Assembly (NCBI GenBank): GCA_963792585.1 | Contig: CAWBWI010000001.1 | Location: forward strand, 384,001 to 448,000 | Reading direction: 5' to 3' | Length of the DNA stretch: 64,000 bases | DNA from: Candidatus Eiseniibacteriota bacterium | GTDB lineage: Bacteria; Eisenbacteria; RBG-16-71-46; CAIMUX01; VGJL01 | Shown: positions 50,836 through 63,899 of the stretch, in pieces | Position numbering within the stretch: position 1 is the stretch's first letter | How the letters are laid out: every line of letters begins with the position of its first letter | Position numbers and translations under genes: made by a program | The notes under the pieces: generated by a model | Told to the model about the DNA's origin: nothing | Databases searched by the model: none | What the model saw: the letters and a program-made list of their open reading frames with translations, nothing else

Positions 50836-51639
50836 TTGATCCCCGTGCTCTTCCAGGTCGGTCCCTTCAGTGTGCGCGCCTACGGCGTCATGCTCGCGAT
50901 TTCATTTGTGCTCGGCGCGTGGTGGGCCATGCGCGCGGGAGCCCGTCGCGGCATCGACCCCGATCGGATCCTCTCTCTCGTCGGCTGGATCCTCGTCGCA
51001 TCGATCGTGGGGGCCAGGCTGCACTTCGTGCTCGCCCACCCCGGCCCATTCGCCCGCCCGCTCGAATTCTTCAGGATCTGGGAAGGCGGGTTGACCCTCT
51101 ACGGAGGTCTGATCGCCGCCGTCGTCGTCAGCTTTCTCTACCTGCGCCGCCACTTGATGCCTTTCATGAAGATCGCCGACGCGACCGCGCCGGCGATCGC
51201 CCTCGGCGAAGGGGTCACCAGGATCGGTTGCTTCCTGAACGGTTGCTGCTTCGGAGCCCCGTGCCACGGCGGGTTCTGCATTGACTACCCCGCGAACTCC
51301 TATGCGGCGATGACCCTGGGCGCCGGCGTGCCGGTCTATCCGGCGCAGCTCTACCTCTCGGCTTTGATGTTCCTGCTCTTCGTCGTGCTATGGCGCATGG
51401 ATCGCCGGCCGCTCCCCGTAGGCCTGCTCTTCGGCGTCTATCTGGCCGGGCAAGGATTGGCCCGCTACGTCGTCGACTTCTACCGCTACTACGAGGAAGT
51501 CGATCGGATCCGGTCCATGACGCCGGTCGTCCAGACGAAGAGCCAGATGATCGCCTTGTTGCTCGCCGTGTCGGGCGTCGTCCTCATCGTGGGATCTCTG
51601 CGGAGGCGACGGCACGCGCGTTCGGAGGTGAGGTCATGA
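50836..51639 (+). CDS. lgt: Prolipoprotein diacylglyceryl transferase
   Basis: YGVM, VGARL, WEGGL..YGG, RIGCFLNGCCFG, PAQLY, RYVVDFYR; TTG start after GAGGAGG. Confidence 0.85.
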   Translation: MIPVLFQVGPFSVRAYGVMLAISFVLGAWWAMRAGARRGIDPDRILSLVGWILVASIVGARLHFVLAHPGPFARPLEFFRIWEGGLTLYGGLIAAVVVSFLYLRRHLMPFMKIADATAPAIALGEGVTRIGCFLNGCCFGAPCHGGFCIDYPANSYAAMTLGAGVPVYPAQLYLSALMFLLFVVLWRMDRRPLPVGLLFGVYLAGQGLARYVVDFYRYYEEVDRIRSMTPVVQTKSQMIALLLAVSGVVLIVGSLRRRRHARSEVRS

Positions 51640-52476
51640 ACATTGACGGAGGGACCCGACTCCTGGGGATCGTGGGCCGGGGAATCCGGCACTCGCTCTC
51701 CCCGAAGATTCAGAACCACGCGATCGAGCGACTGGGGGAAAACCTGGTCTACGTCCCGTTCGAGATCTCGGATGAGGATCTCCCCGAGTTCGTGCGACTC
51801 TTTGCCCGCTTTGGTGGGGTCGGACTCAACGTCACTACGCCGCACAAGACCGCGGTCGCCGGCCTGGTGCGGCCCGGCGACGACGAGGTGTCGATGACGG
51901 GGGTTGCCAACACGATCCTCTTCCGGAATGGCGAGGCGATCGGACGCGCAACCGACGGGTTGGGCTTTCGCGCGTGGATGGCGGAGGCCGACATCCGCCC
52001 GGGCGCGGGCGGAGTCGTGCTCCTTGGGTTCGGCGCGGTGGCGCGAAGCGTCGCCTATCGCCTCGGGCCGGAGTTCCCGCTGACCGTCATCAGCCGGGAG
52101 CCGGCCGCCGCAGAGTCGGTCCTCCACTCCTGGTACGCGAAGGGGTGGCCCGGGCTCCCGTACCGGGCGATCGCGTGGGACGCTCCTCCGCCGTCGAGGG
52201 CGGTGCTCGCGATCAGCTCACTTCCCGTCGAGGCGGGTCGCTCCCGGGAACTGGCGTCCTGGCTGGCGAATCTCGATCCCTCGGGAGTTCTGGTCGACCT
52301 CGAATTACAGCCACGGCAGAACGCCGCTGCGCGACCAGGCCCGCGACCGTGGTCTCTCGGCCCATGACGGCATCGGGCTCCTCGTCCACCAGGCGGCCCT
52401 CTCCCTCGGTGTCTGGCTCGGCCGCCCCGTCTCTCCCGCGCTTCTCGCGGAAGGACTTCCCGCCGGCACGACCTAG
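51636..52476 (+). CDS. aroE: Shikimate dehydrogenase (frameshift near 52305)
   Basis: HSLSP, GLNVTTPHK, ANTI, TDG.G; C-terminal DGIGLLVHQA in another frame. Confidence 0.8.
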
Positions 52477-52491
52477 GCTCTCCGGCCCTCC

Positions 52492-53188
52492 GTGCCGGCC
52501 CTCCTGTCCTCGATCGGGCGGGGCTTGTTGAGCCTCGTTCTGCCTCCGGCGTGCCCGGTCTGCGCGCGCAGGCTGGAGGGGTCCGACCAACCGTGTCGCG
52601 ACTGCTGCCGCGAGCTCGCCGCAATTGTGGGGCAGGGGTTTCGGGGGGCCGCGCGAAGCGGCCCTGATTGCCGCCCTGCCCTACGAGGCCGCGGGACGCA
52701 TCCTCGTCCATCGAATGAAGTACGAAGGGCATCGCCCGGCGGCGGAAGCGCTTGGGGTCCTCATGGCCGCCCGCCTGGGGGAGTGCGGGGTCCCCGACCC
52801 GGCGACGATCCTGGTGCCCGTCCCCCTCCATCCGGCCCGGCTTCGGGAGCGGGGATTCAACCAGGCCGAGCGCCTCGCCCGAGTGGTGGCGAGGCGGACG
52901 CAGCTCGACGTCCGCGCCGATATCCTCGTCCGTGCCCGGGCCGCCGCGTCCCAGACCCGGCTCGACCCGGCCGCACGGAGGGCGGCGGTCGCCGGGGCGT
53001 TCCGTGGACTGGGACAGGCATCGGAGCGTCCCCTTCTCGTCGTCGACGACGTCTGGACGACGGGGGCGACCGCAGGTTCGTGCCGCCTCGCGCTCGAGGA
53101 GGCGGGGTGGACCGGGTCGATCGGCGTCCTCGTCGCGGCGCGAACCCCGCCACCGTTCGAAGTAGAGACCCCTCGCGCGGTGTGCTAG
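52492..53188 (+). CDS. ComF family protein (double zinc ribbon plus PRTase; frameshift near 52630-52660)
   Basis: CPVC..CRDC, MKY, VPVPLH..RLRERGFNQA, VVDDVWTTGAT. Confidence 0.85.
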
Positions 53189-53248
53189 GTTAGCATCGAA
53201 GTTGGCTGTTGGCTGGCAGTTCGGCAGGGAGGGGCGCCGCAGGGAGGC

Positions 53249-54788
53249 ATGTTCAAAGAAATCATCATCAACGCCGATCCCAACGAGACGCGCATCGCCG
53301 TCCTCGAAGACGGCGAGCTCGTTGAGTTGCTGATCGAGCGGCCGAGGAGCGACGCGCTCGTCGGCGACATCTACAAGGGCCGGGCCACCGCTGTTCTGCC
53401 GGGAATCCAGGCCGCCTTCGTCGAGATCGGGCTGCCCAAGAGCGCCTTCCTCCACATGTCGGACATGATGGAATCGATGCTCGATGTCGAGATGTTCGAC
53501 ATCGACGACGGACCCGCGCATCCGCGCCAAACCCCGCGACGATCTCAAGATCGAGGACCTACCTCCAGAAGGGCCAGGAGATCCTGGTCCAGATCATCAA
53601 GGAGCCGATCGGCACCAAGGGGCCGAAGGTCAGCGCGCGGATCAGCCTTCCGGGTCGCTATCTCGTGCTGATGCCCGGGCTCGATCACGTCGGGGTCTCG
53701 CGCAAGATCGCCGATCGCGACGAGCGCCAGCGGCTCAGGCGAGATCCTCGATGGAACTGAAGCCGAAGGACGCCGGCCTGATCTGCCGCACCGTCGGCGA
53801 GGGGCAGGGCGAGAAGGAGTTCCAGCAGGACGTCAAGTACCTGTCGGATCTCTGGACGCAGATCGAGGAGGCATCCGCCACGACCCCGGCCCCGGCGCTC
53901 GCTCCACCGTGAGATGGAGCTCACGACCGGGCTGATCCGCGACCTCTTCACCGAGGACATCGACCGGGTCGTGATCGACTCCGAGGAGGCCTACAAGCAG
54001 ATCCTCGCCTATCTCAACGCCTTCTCGCCCGAGCTGAAGAGCCGGGTCAAGCTCTACAAGGGGGACGGGCCGATCTTCGACGAGTACGGGATCGAGGCCG
54101 AGATCGAGAAGACCCTCGAGCGCAAGGTCTGGCTGAAGAAGGGCGGCTACATCGTCATCGACCACACCGAGGCGCTGGTCGCGATCGACGTCAACACCGG
54201 CCGCTTCACCGGCAAGAAGCCCCGGAGGACACGATCCTCAAGACCAACCTGGAGGCCGCCAAGGAGATCGCCCGCCAGCTTCGCCTGCGCGACATCGGCG
54301 GCATCATCGTCATCGACTTCATCGACATGGAGCAGGAGACCTCGAAGCGGCAGGTCCTCGACGACGCTGCGGCAGGCGCCTGCGGACCGACCGCGCGCGC
54401 ACCAAGGTCTACCCGGTCAGCGAGCTGGGCTTGATCGAGATGACCCGCCAGCGCGAGCGGCCGAGCCTGCTCCACTACTACAGCGACGACTGCGCGAGCT
54501 GCGGCGGGGTCGGGCGAAGGTCCTGTCGCTGGCCTCCCTCTCGATGAAGGTCGAGCGCTTCCTGCGGCGGATCGGCGCCCACTCGAAGGAGAAGCACGTC
54601 CAGTTCCGGGTCCACCCCGACCTCGCGACCTTCCTCTACGACGAGCGGGCGGAGCGGCTGGAGTCGCTTGAGAAGCAGCTACGATCTGACGGTCGACCTC
54701 CGGGACGATCCCCGGCTGCGGCGGGACGACATCCGGATCATCTTCCCGCAGGACCCGCAAGGACGTGACGGCCGAATTCCAGGGTTGA
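53249..54788 (+). CDS. Rne/Rng family ribonuclease (RNase G-sized; multiple frameshifts)
   Basis: [60 protein letters not shown]. Confidence 0.9.
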
Positions 54789-54812
54789 CGACCGGGCCGG
54801 GGTCCGTAACCT
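54785..54812 (+). promoter_or_regulatory. Putative sigma70 promoter of rplU-rpmA
   Basis: TTGACG-N16-TAACCT about 40 nt upstream of the rplU start. Confidence 0.4.
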
Positions 54813-54851
54813 TCTGATTTTGCTCCCGGAACGGGTCGAACGGAGGAGTTT

Positions 54852-55168
54852 GTGCACGCAATTGTCGAGTTCCAGGGGCGGCAGTACCGCGTCGAACCGG
54901 GCGAGAAGATGCAGGTTCCGCTCTCTGGAGGCCGAGCCGGGCAGTGCGGTGAACTCGACCGGTGCTTCTGATCGAGGGGAGCGGACGGTGTCCGGGTCGG
55001 GCACCCGCTCGTCGATGGGGCGCGGGTCGAGGCCGACGGTGGTCCGGCACTGGCCGCGGCCCGAAGATCCTCGTTGGCAAGTTCAAGAAGCGGAAGGACT
55101 ACAGAAGGCGCAACGGATATCGCGACGACTTCACCGAGGTCGAGATTCTCGCGATCCACGGCGTCTAA
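54852..55168 (+). CDS. rplU: 50S ribosomal protein L21 (frameshifted)
   Basis: [15 protein letters not shown]...[36 protein letters not shown]. Confidence 0.88.
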
Positions 55169-55184
55169 GGCGGGGTAGACGGAT

Positions 55185-55467
55185 ATGGCGCACAAGAAGG
55201 GTCTCGGTTCCAGCCGCAACGGGCGCGACAGCAACTCGCAGCGCCTGGGCGTCAAGGCTTTCGGCGGCGAGTTCGTCACCGCCGGTTCGATCATCGTCCG
55301 CCAGAGGGGCACCCGGTATGTGCCGGGCGAAACGTCGGGCCGCGGGAAGGACGATACCCTCTACTCCCTGGTAGACGGGCACGTCCTCTTCCGGAAGCAT
55401 CGGAACGGTCGACCCTGGTCAGCGTCGAACCCAAGGAAGCCGTCGCCGTCGGCGAGGGCGAGCCTAG
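55185..55467 (+). CDS. rpmA: 50S ribosomal protein L27 (3' end uncertain, frameshifted)
   Basis: [40 protein letters not shown]. Confidence 0.92.
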
Positions 55468-55534
55468 CCCGGCCTCCATTCCGATTCCGTCCGAACTCGA
55501 TCCACCGGCCGCACCATTCCGGAGGGTCTGCACG

Positions 55535-56465
<931 letters not shown>

Positions 56466-56665
56466 ATCGAGCGCCGCTCGTCGGAGATCGCATCACGATG
56501 CGGGCCGATCGGTTGACAGGACCGAGACTCGGCCGAATATCGTGCGGTCGATCCGCGTGTCTCGAACGATCTACCCGATCGTTGCGGCGCCCGTCTTATG
56601 TGCGGTCGGACGGTGCGGAAGGCGGATGCCGCATCGTTGGCTGGAGGCGAAGCGGTGGAGGCGAC

Positions 56666-57443
56666 GTGTCGATCTCCTCACAGCGGATCGTGGGGGTGAT
56701 CCCGGCGCGCTATCGGCTCGACCCGGTTTCCCGGGAAGCTCCTCGCGCATGCCTCGGAGACCGAACCGTGCTCCACCACGTCCACGAGCGCGCGCGCGTC
56801 GCCTGCCTGAAATCGATCGCGTCGATCGTCGCCATCGACGACGATCGGGTGCTTCGGGAGGTGCTCGTCCTTCGGCGGCCAATCGCCGGTATGACCTCTC
56901 GGATCGTCATCGATCGGGGACGGACCGGGTTGCCGAGGCGGTCGAGGCATCCGCCCCCGACTGCGAACTCGTGGTCAACATTCAGGGGGACGAACCGTTC
57001 CTCGATCCGGCCGCGGTGGACGCGATCGCTCGTGCGCTGCGCGCCCGATCCGGAGGCGATCTGGACGGCGGTGGCCCCGTTGACGGACGCGGAAGCGTCG
57101 ACTCGTCCGTGGTGGTGAAGGCGGTGGTGGCTGCCGACGGCAGGGTTCTCTATTTCTCGCGGGCCCCGGTTCCGTTTCTGCGGGACGAGTCGTCGCGCGA
57201 GTCTGCGCCGACACCACGTGGGGATCTATGGATTCTCCCGGGCGGTACTCCGGAAGTTCGTCGGGATCCCGCCATCGGCTCTCGAGAGGCCGAGGGGCTC
57301 GAGCAGCTCCGGGCGCTCGAGGGGGGGATCCCGATCAGGGCAGTGACCGTTGCGCAGGCATTCGGCGGGATCGACACGAACGAGGATCTGGAACGGGCGC
57401 TCCGGCGGCTTTCTCGAGCGCTGAAAGGAAAGGGAACGGATGA
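56666..57443 (+). CDS. kdsB: 3-deoxy-manno-octulosonate cytidylyltransferase (multiple frameshifts)
   Basis: [50 protein letters not shown]. Confidence 0.88.
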
Positions 57444-59079
57444 CCGAGAAGGGGCCACGTTTCATCTTCATCACGGGCGGCGTCGTTTCCTCGCTCGGCA
57501 AGGGGATCGCCGCCGCCTCGACGGGGCTGCTCCTGAAGGAACACGGCTTCCGCGTCACGCTGCAGAAGTTCGATCCCTACCTCAACGTCGATCCGGGGAC
57601 GATGAGTCCCTATCAGCACGGCGAGGTCTTCGTGACCGACGACGGCGCGGAGACCGATCTCGACCTCGGGCACTACGAGCGCTTCACCGACCAATCGCCT
57701 CGGCCGGGAGAACTGCGTCACGGCGGGTCAGATCTACGATCGCGATCCTCTCCCGCGAGCGGCGCGGCGATTTCCTGGGCAAGACGGTGCAGGTGATTCC
57801 GCACGTGACCGACGAGATCAAGCGACGCGATGACCGACCACGCGGTGCGGGTCGGCGCGGACGTCGAGCATCGTCGAGATCGGCGGGACGGTGGGCGACA
57901 TCGAGGGGCTGCCGTTCCTGGAGGCGATCCGCCAGCTCCGGCTCGATCTTGGCCGCAGCACGGACCCTCTTCATCCACCTGACGCTCGTTCCGTACATCA
58001 AGGCGGCGCACGAGCTGAAGACCAAGCCGACGCAGCACAGCGTCAAGGAACTTCGTGAGATCGGCATCCAGCCGGACATCCTGCTATGCCGCACGGAAGT
58101 GCCGATCGCCCTCGAGGTGCGCGAGAAGATCGCGCTGTTCTGCAGCGTCCCGCCCGACGCAGTGATCGAGGCCGCCGACGTGCCGTCGATCTACGCCGTT
58201 CCTCTCTACTTCCACCGGGGCGGGCTCGATCGGCTGATCGAGGAGCGTCTCGCTCTGACCCCCACGCAGCCGCTCGATCTGCGCCCGTGGGAGCAGATGG
58301 TCCGCACGATTCGGGAGGCGACCCGGAGCGTGACCATCGCGATCTGCGGCAAGTACACGCACTATCAGGACGCCTACAAGAGCATCGTCGAGGCCTTCAC
58401 GCACGCCGGTGTGGCCAACGACGTTCGCGTGGAGATCCGCTGGGTCGAGTCGGAGGACCTGGAGAAAGACGGGCCGGAGGGCGCGCTCGACGGAATCGAC
58501 GGGCTGCTCGTGCCCGGCGGTTTCGGCGCCCGCGGAATCGAGGGGATGATCAGCGCGATCCGCTACGTTCGCGAGCGGAGGATCCCGTTCCTCGGCATCT
58601 GCCTCGGCCTGCAGTGCGCGACGATCGAGTTTGCTCGCGCACTGCGCCGGCTGGCCGCAGGCGAACTCGACGGAGTTCGACGCGGACTCGCCGTATCCGG
58701 TCATCGATCTGTTGCCCGGCCAGAGCCACATGGGGCAGAAGGGGGCCACGATGCGGCTCGGGCTCTATCCCTGCCAGCTTGCCGACGGCAGTCGCGCCAA
58801 AGAGGCCTACGGGGAAGAGGAGATTCGAGAGCGCCACCGGCACCGCCTCGAGTTCAACAACGTCTACCGCGAGAGATTGCGGGAGGCCGGACTCTCGCTG
58901 ACCGGGATCTGCCCGGAGAACGACCTGGTCGAGATCATCGAGTTGCCGGATCATCCGTGGTTCGTGGGCGTTCAGTTCCATCCGGAGCTGCGCAGCCGTC
59001 CCCGCCGGCCGCACCCGCTCTTCCGCGAATTCGTGAAGGCCGCCGTGACGGCGAAGGAGAACTGGCGCCTCGTGGCTGA
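57440..59079 (+). CDS. pyrG: CTP synthase (multiple frameshifts)
   Basis: [64 protein letters not shown]. Confidence 0.95.
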
Positions 59080-59906
59080 TCGGGCGCGTTTCCTGGGCCG
59101 TCCGTTGCCGGCCGATCGGCTCTTCGTGATCGCGGGGCCGTGCGTCATCGAGGGGGAAGCGATGACCCTCGATGTCGCGGCGAAGCTGAAGGAGATCTGC
59201 GCGCGCCTCTCGGTGGACCTCGTCTTCAAGAGCTCCTACAGAAAGGACAATCGGACGGCGATCGATTCGTTCACCGGTCCCGAGATCGATGAGGGGCTGC
59301 GCATTCTCGCTCGCGTGCGGGATGAGCTCGGGGTGCCCGTGTTGACAGACGTGCACTGCCGGCTGGAGGTCGGTCCCGCGTCGGCGGTCGCAACGGTCCT
59401 CCAGATCCCGGCCTTCCTCTGCCGGCAGACGCGCCTGATGCAAGAGGCGGCGCGGGACGGGGTGTGTGGTGAACGTGAAGAAGGGGCAGTTCCTGGCACC
59501 CGCCGACATCGCGCGGGTGCTCGAGAAGCTGCGGGCCGCGCGGCCCGAAGGAGAGTACTGGCTGACGGAACGGGGAACGAGCTTCGGCTATCGTGATCTG
59601 CTCGTCGATCCGCGATCGATCGCGACCATGCGCGATCTCGATTGCACCGTCGTCTACGACGCGACCCACTCGTTGCAGCAACCCGGCAAGGGGGGCGACC
59701 GGCGGTTCGCCCGGCCGCTGGCCCGCGCGGCGATCGCGGCGGGCGCCGACGGCCTCTTTCTCGAGACCCACCCCGATCCGGATCACGCATTGAGCGATCC
59801 GACGACCCAGCTCCCGCTGGACTCGATCCCGGATTTCCTGGAAGAGATGGTGGAATGGAAAACGGCGCAGGCGGCTCAGGTTCGCAAAGGTCGAATCCGG
59901 CCCTGA
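59072..59906 (+). CDS. kdsA: KDO 8-phosphate synthase (frameshift near 59460)
   Basis: [57 protein letters not shown]. Confidence 0.92.
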
Positions 59907-60892
59907 TGGGGGAGAGGGCGCGCTCGATCCTGAGCGCGCAGATCGCGGGCCTGGAGCGATTGGATTCGCTCTGCGAGTCCCCGGCCCTCGGCAAGGCGGT
60001 CGCGTTGTTTCGTGACTGCCGCGGCCGCGTCCTCGTCAGCGGGGTTGGAAAGAGCGGCTTGGTGGCGGCGAAGATCGCGGCATCGATGCGATCGACCGGC
60101 ACGCCGGCCGTCTACCTGCACCCCGTCGACGCGATGCACGGCGACGTCGGGCTGATCGGTCCCGAGGATGTCGGGTTCTTCCTCAGCAAGAGCGGGGAGA
60201 GCCGGGAGCTCACCGACCTGGTCCCGACCTTCAAGCGACTCGGCGTGCCGATCGTCTGCCTCGTCACGCGGGCCGACTCCGCGCTGGGGAGTCTCTCGGA
60301 CCTGATCCTCGATGTCGGACCCGTGACCGAGGCGGGACCGATCCAGGAGGTGCCGACCACGAGCACCACGGTCTTCCAGGTCGTGGGGGACATGCTGACC
60401 CTGCTCGTGCTCTGGGAAAAGGGGCTCACCTCCGAGGACTTCGCCTTTCTCCACCCGGGAGGGGTGCTCGGGAGGCTCACGACCCTGCGCGTCCGCGAGA
60501 TCATGCACCACGGGGAAGCCCTCCCCCGGGTTTCGGGAAACGCGCGGGTGCGCGATGCGCTGGTCGAGATGATCGACAAGCGTCTCGGGATGACGACGGT
60601 CGTGGACGAAGAGGGTCGCCTGATCGGGGTCCTGACCGACGGGGACATCCGGCGGGTCCTTTTCCGCTACGGGTCGATCGACGATCTGAAAATCCTGCAG
60701 GTGATGTCTGGGAATCCGAAAACGATTGATGGGGAACAGCTTCTCGCGAGCGCGGTCCACCGAATGGAGACCAATGCCGGGGGGCCGATCACCGCTCTCG
60801 TCGTCGTGGACGCGGAAGGGAGACCGGACGGAGTCATCCACTTGCATGATTGCCTGCGCCTTGGGATCCGAAACGGAGCCCAATTGGCATAG
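59906..60892 (+). CDS. kdsD: Arabinose-5-phosphate isomerase (KpsF/GutQ; SIS plus two CBS domains)
   Basis: GVGKSG, STGTPA, HGDVG, SKSGES, PTTST, HPGG.LG, TDGDIRR. Confidence 0.93.
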   Translation: MGERARSILSAQIAGLERLDSLCESPALGKAVALFRDCRGRVLVSGVGKSGLVAAKIAASMRSTGTPAVYLHPVDAMHGDVGLIGPEDVGFFLSKSGESRELTDLVPTFKRLGVPIVCLVTRADSALGSLSDLILDVGPVTEAGPIQEVPTTSTTVFQVVGDMLTLLVLWEKGLTSEDFAFLHPGGVLGRLTTLRVREIMHHGEALPRVSGNARVRDALVEMIDKRLGMTTVVDEEGRLIGVLTDGDIRRVLFRYGSIDDLKILQVMSGNPKTIDGEQLLASAVHRMETNAGGPITALVVVDAEGRPDGVIHLHDCLRLGIRNGAQLA

Positions 60893-60945
60893 TCCATGCT
60901 TGCACGCTCCATCGGCCCTCCCTAAAGTCCCTTCAGGAGGATTGG

Positions 60946-61573
60946 ATGGCTCAGGGAGCGAGGATCGGGGCGCCGCCAAGCTCCAACCGCCGGGGGCGCG
61001 GTTGGGCGGCCGAATTGCTGCTTCTGCTGCTCGCCCATGGGTGTTCGACCCCCTCCCAAGAACCGGTTCGCTCCGCCGGGGCCCCGAAAGGACCCGAACA
61101 GACGTTCGCCAACCTGGAGCTCCGCGAGACGACCGCGGGCCGGCTCGAGTGGAAGCTTCGGGCAGCGCGCGCGGTGCGGCCGAGCACCTCGGCCGCGACC
61201 CACATGGAAAGTCTTCGGGTGGAGTTCTTCGAGGGCGGTCCCCAGGTGCGCTCGGTCCTGACCTCGGACAGCGGCAGGGTCGACATTGCGAAGGGGCTCC
61301 TGATCGCGACGGGACACGTCGTCGTCACGACCCTGGAGGGAAATCGTCTCGAGACCGAGGAGCTGTTCTGGGACCGAAAGAACGCCAAGGTGAGTTCAAC
61401 CGCGTTCGTCCGTCTGACCAGGGGGCGAGGACGTTCTGACCGGGATCGGTTTCGAGGGCGACCCGAACCTGGAGCACTACGAAATCCAGAAGAACGTCCA
61501 GGCCTCGGTCCGGGCGAGGGAAGGACTCCGCGATGAGATCCTCGGTCCCGACAGCACCGGCAATGGTCGCTGA
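60946..61573 (+). CDS. lptC: LPS export protein LptC-like (lipoprotein-type N-terminus; frameshift near 61425)
   Basis: LLAHGC, LTSDSG, GHVVV, LETEELFWD, LTGIGFEGD; synteny with kdsD and lptB. Confidence 0.75.
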
Positions 61574-62331
61574 ATCTCCGGGAATCGGGGGGCCGCTCGC
61601 GGTCGCCCGCGGGAACCTTCTCGCAGAGGGGCTCGTCCGTTCCTACGGCAAGGTCCAGGTCGTTCGCGGCGTGACGATCGAGGTCGCTCCAGGCGAGGTC
61701 GTGGGCCTGCTCGGTCCCAACGGCGCCGGCAAGACGACGACCTTCTACATGATCGTCGGACTCCTGAAGCCCGACAGCGGCAGGATCCTCCTCGGCGGGG
61801 AGAACATCTCCCACCTCGCGATGTACCAGCGCGCCCGGCTCGGCATCGGCTATCTCTCCCAGGAGCCGAGCGTCTTCAGACGGATGAGCGTCTGGGACAA
61901 CGTGATGGCTATCCTGGAGACGCTTCCCCTCGGGCCGGAGGAACGCCGGCGGCAGTGCGAGGAGCTTCTGCGCGAGCTGGACATCTACCACCTCAAGGAT
62001 CGGAAGGGGTACCAGCTCTCGGGCGGCGAGAGACGGCGCTGCGAGATCACGCGCGCCCTGGTCGACCAGGCCGTCGTTCCTCCTGCTGGACGAGCCGTTC
62101 GTCGGGATCGATCCGATTGCGGTGCAGGATCTGCAGGGGATCATCCGCGGACTGCGAGACCGGGGCCTGGGGATCCTGATCACCGATCACACTGTTCGGG
62201 AGACTCTGCACGCGACGGATCGCGCATACTTGATGTACGAAGGGCGGATCCTGCTCGCGGGCACGGCTGCCGAGTTGGCCGAGGACCCCGAGGCGCGACG
62301 GATCTACCTAGGAGAGAACTTCCGGCTCTGA
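61563..62331 (+). CDS. lptB: LPS export ABC ATPase LptB (frameshift near 62070)
   Basis: [54 protein letters not shown]. Confidence 0.93.
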
Positions 62332-62356
62332 AGCGTCGGGGGGAAAGCGAGACACC

Positions 62357-63839
62357 ATGGACATGAAGCCTCGGCTCGGCATGGAGATGCGCCAGCAACT
62401 GGTGATCACCCAGAAGGTGCAGCTCATGCTGAAGTTCCTGCAGATCCCGACCCTCGAGCTGCAGCAGGTTCTCCATCAGGAGATCCTCACCAACCCGGTT
62501 CTGGAACTCGAGGAAGAGGACGCAATCGTCGACGAGCAGCCGAAGCAGGAGGGCGAGGAGACTCCGATCGCCGCGCCCGATTCCCCGGAAGAGTTCGCCG
62601 TCGCCGAGAAATCGGAAGAGGAGCCGGCCGAAGCCGACTGGTCGGAGTTCTACACGAAGAATACGACTCGTCGTTCACGCGCGGGGAGACGGAAGAGACC
62701 GAATTCCTCGAGAAGGTCCCGGTCGCGGGGACGACGCCTCCAGGAGTCGCTGCGCGAGCAACTGCGCCTGATGGTCAACGGTGAGAAGGAGGAGCAGCTC
62801 GCGGAGTACATGATCGGCATGATCGACGACCGGGGCTACCTGGTCGCCGGCGAGGAGGAGATCGCCAAGGAGACGGGGGCAGACGTCGAGTAGATCCGGG
62901 AGTTCATCGTGCGCCTGCAGAGTCTGCGATCCGCCCGGGATCGGGGCTCGGGACCTCCGGGAGTGCCTCATGCTGCAACTGAAGGCACGGGGTCTCGAGG
63001 GCAGCCTCGCCTGGCGGGTCCTCGACGAGCAGTGGGAGAATCTGGTCAAGCGCGCGCCACGCCGACATGGCCCGCGAGCTGAAGGTCGGCCTCGAGAAGA
63101 TCCAGGAAGCGACCGACCAGATCAGCACGCTGATGCCCCATCCCGGGCAGGCTTGTTTCGACCGACGACATCCGCTACATCTATCCCGACCTCATCGTGG
63201 AGAAGGTGGGGGATGTCTACGAGGTCTACTCTGAACGACCGGTCGATCCCGAGGCTTCGGGTCAGTCCGGCATACGAATCGGTCCTGATGGGCAACCGCG
63301 ACGGCGACCCGAAGGTCCGCGAGTACGTGGAGGGGAAGCTGTCGTCGGCCCGATGGCTGATCCAGGCGATCGAGAAACGCCGCCGGACGATGATCCGCGT
63401 GATGGAGGCGATCGTCGACGAGCAACGGGACTTCTTCGACCACGGGATCGCCCAGCTGAAACCCTTGACCCTGCAGGATATTGGAACGCGGGTCGGGATC
63501 CACGAATCGACGGTGGCCCGCGTGACGAAGGCCAAGTACGTGCAGACTCCGCGCGGCGTCTATCCGATGAAGTTCTTCTTCTCCAGCCGACTCCACACCG
63601 ACTGCGGCGAGGACGCATCCGCGAAATCGGTCAAGGAGAAGATTCGTGACCTGATCGACGGCGAGGAGAAGGACGATCCGCTATCGGATGAGAAGATCGC
63701 GAAACTCCTCCAGGCGGAGGGGATCCAGATCGCCCGGCGCACCGTGGCGAAGTACCGTGAAGCGATGAAGATCGACAAGGCGCAGTTCCGCAAGCGCACT
63801 CCGCGGCGGGCGGAGGCGAGGGATCGATGGCCGGCGTGA
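62357..63839 (+). CDS. rpoN: RNA polymerase sigma-54 factor (frameshifts and one in-frame TAG, likely errors)
   Basis: NPVLE, PPGIGARDLRECL, LKPLTL, HESTVAR, PLSDEKI, RpoN box ARRTVAKYRE. Confidence 0.93.
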
Positions 63840-63899
63840 ACATTCCAAAGGAAGGGAGCGCACGGCTCCCGGAAACCATCGAGATAAGGAGGTAGGCCG

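Noticed and set aside
58631..59596. Apparent in-frame PyrG-KdsA fusion
   Set aside because: A GTGGCTGA start/stop overlap at 59072-59079 fits two separate genes after a single indel, and the region is full of indels
62891..62893. In-frame TAG in rpoN as possible stop-codon recoding or pyrrolysine
   Set aside because: Many intact genes here end in TAG, no pyl genes are seen, and the site lies in an error-dense region
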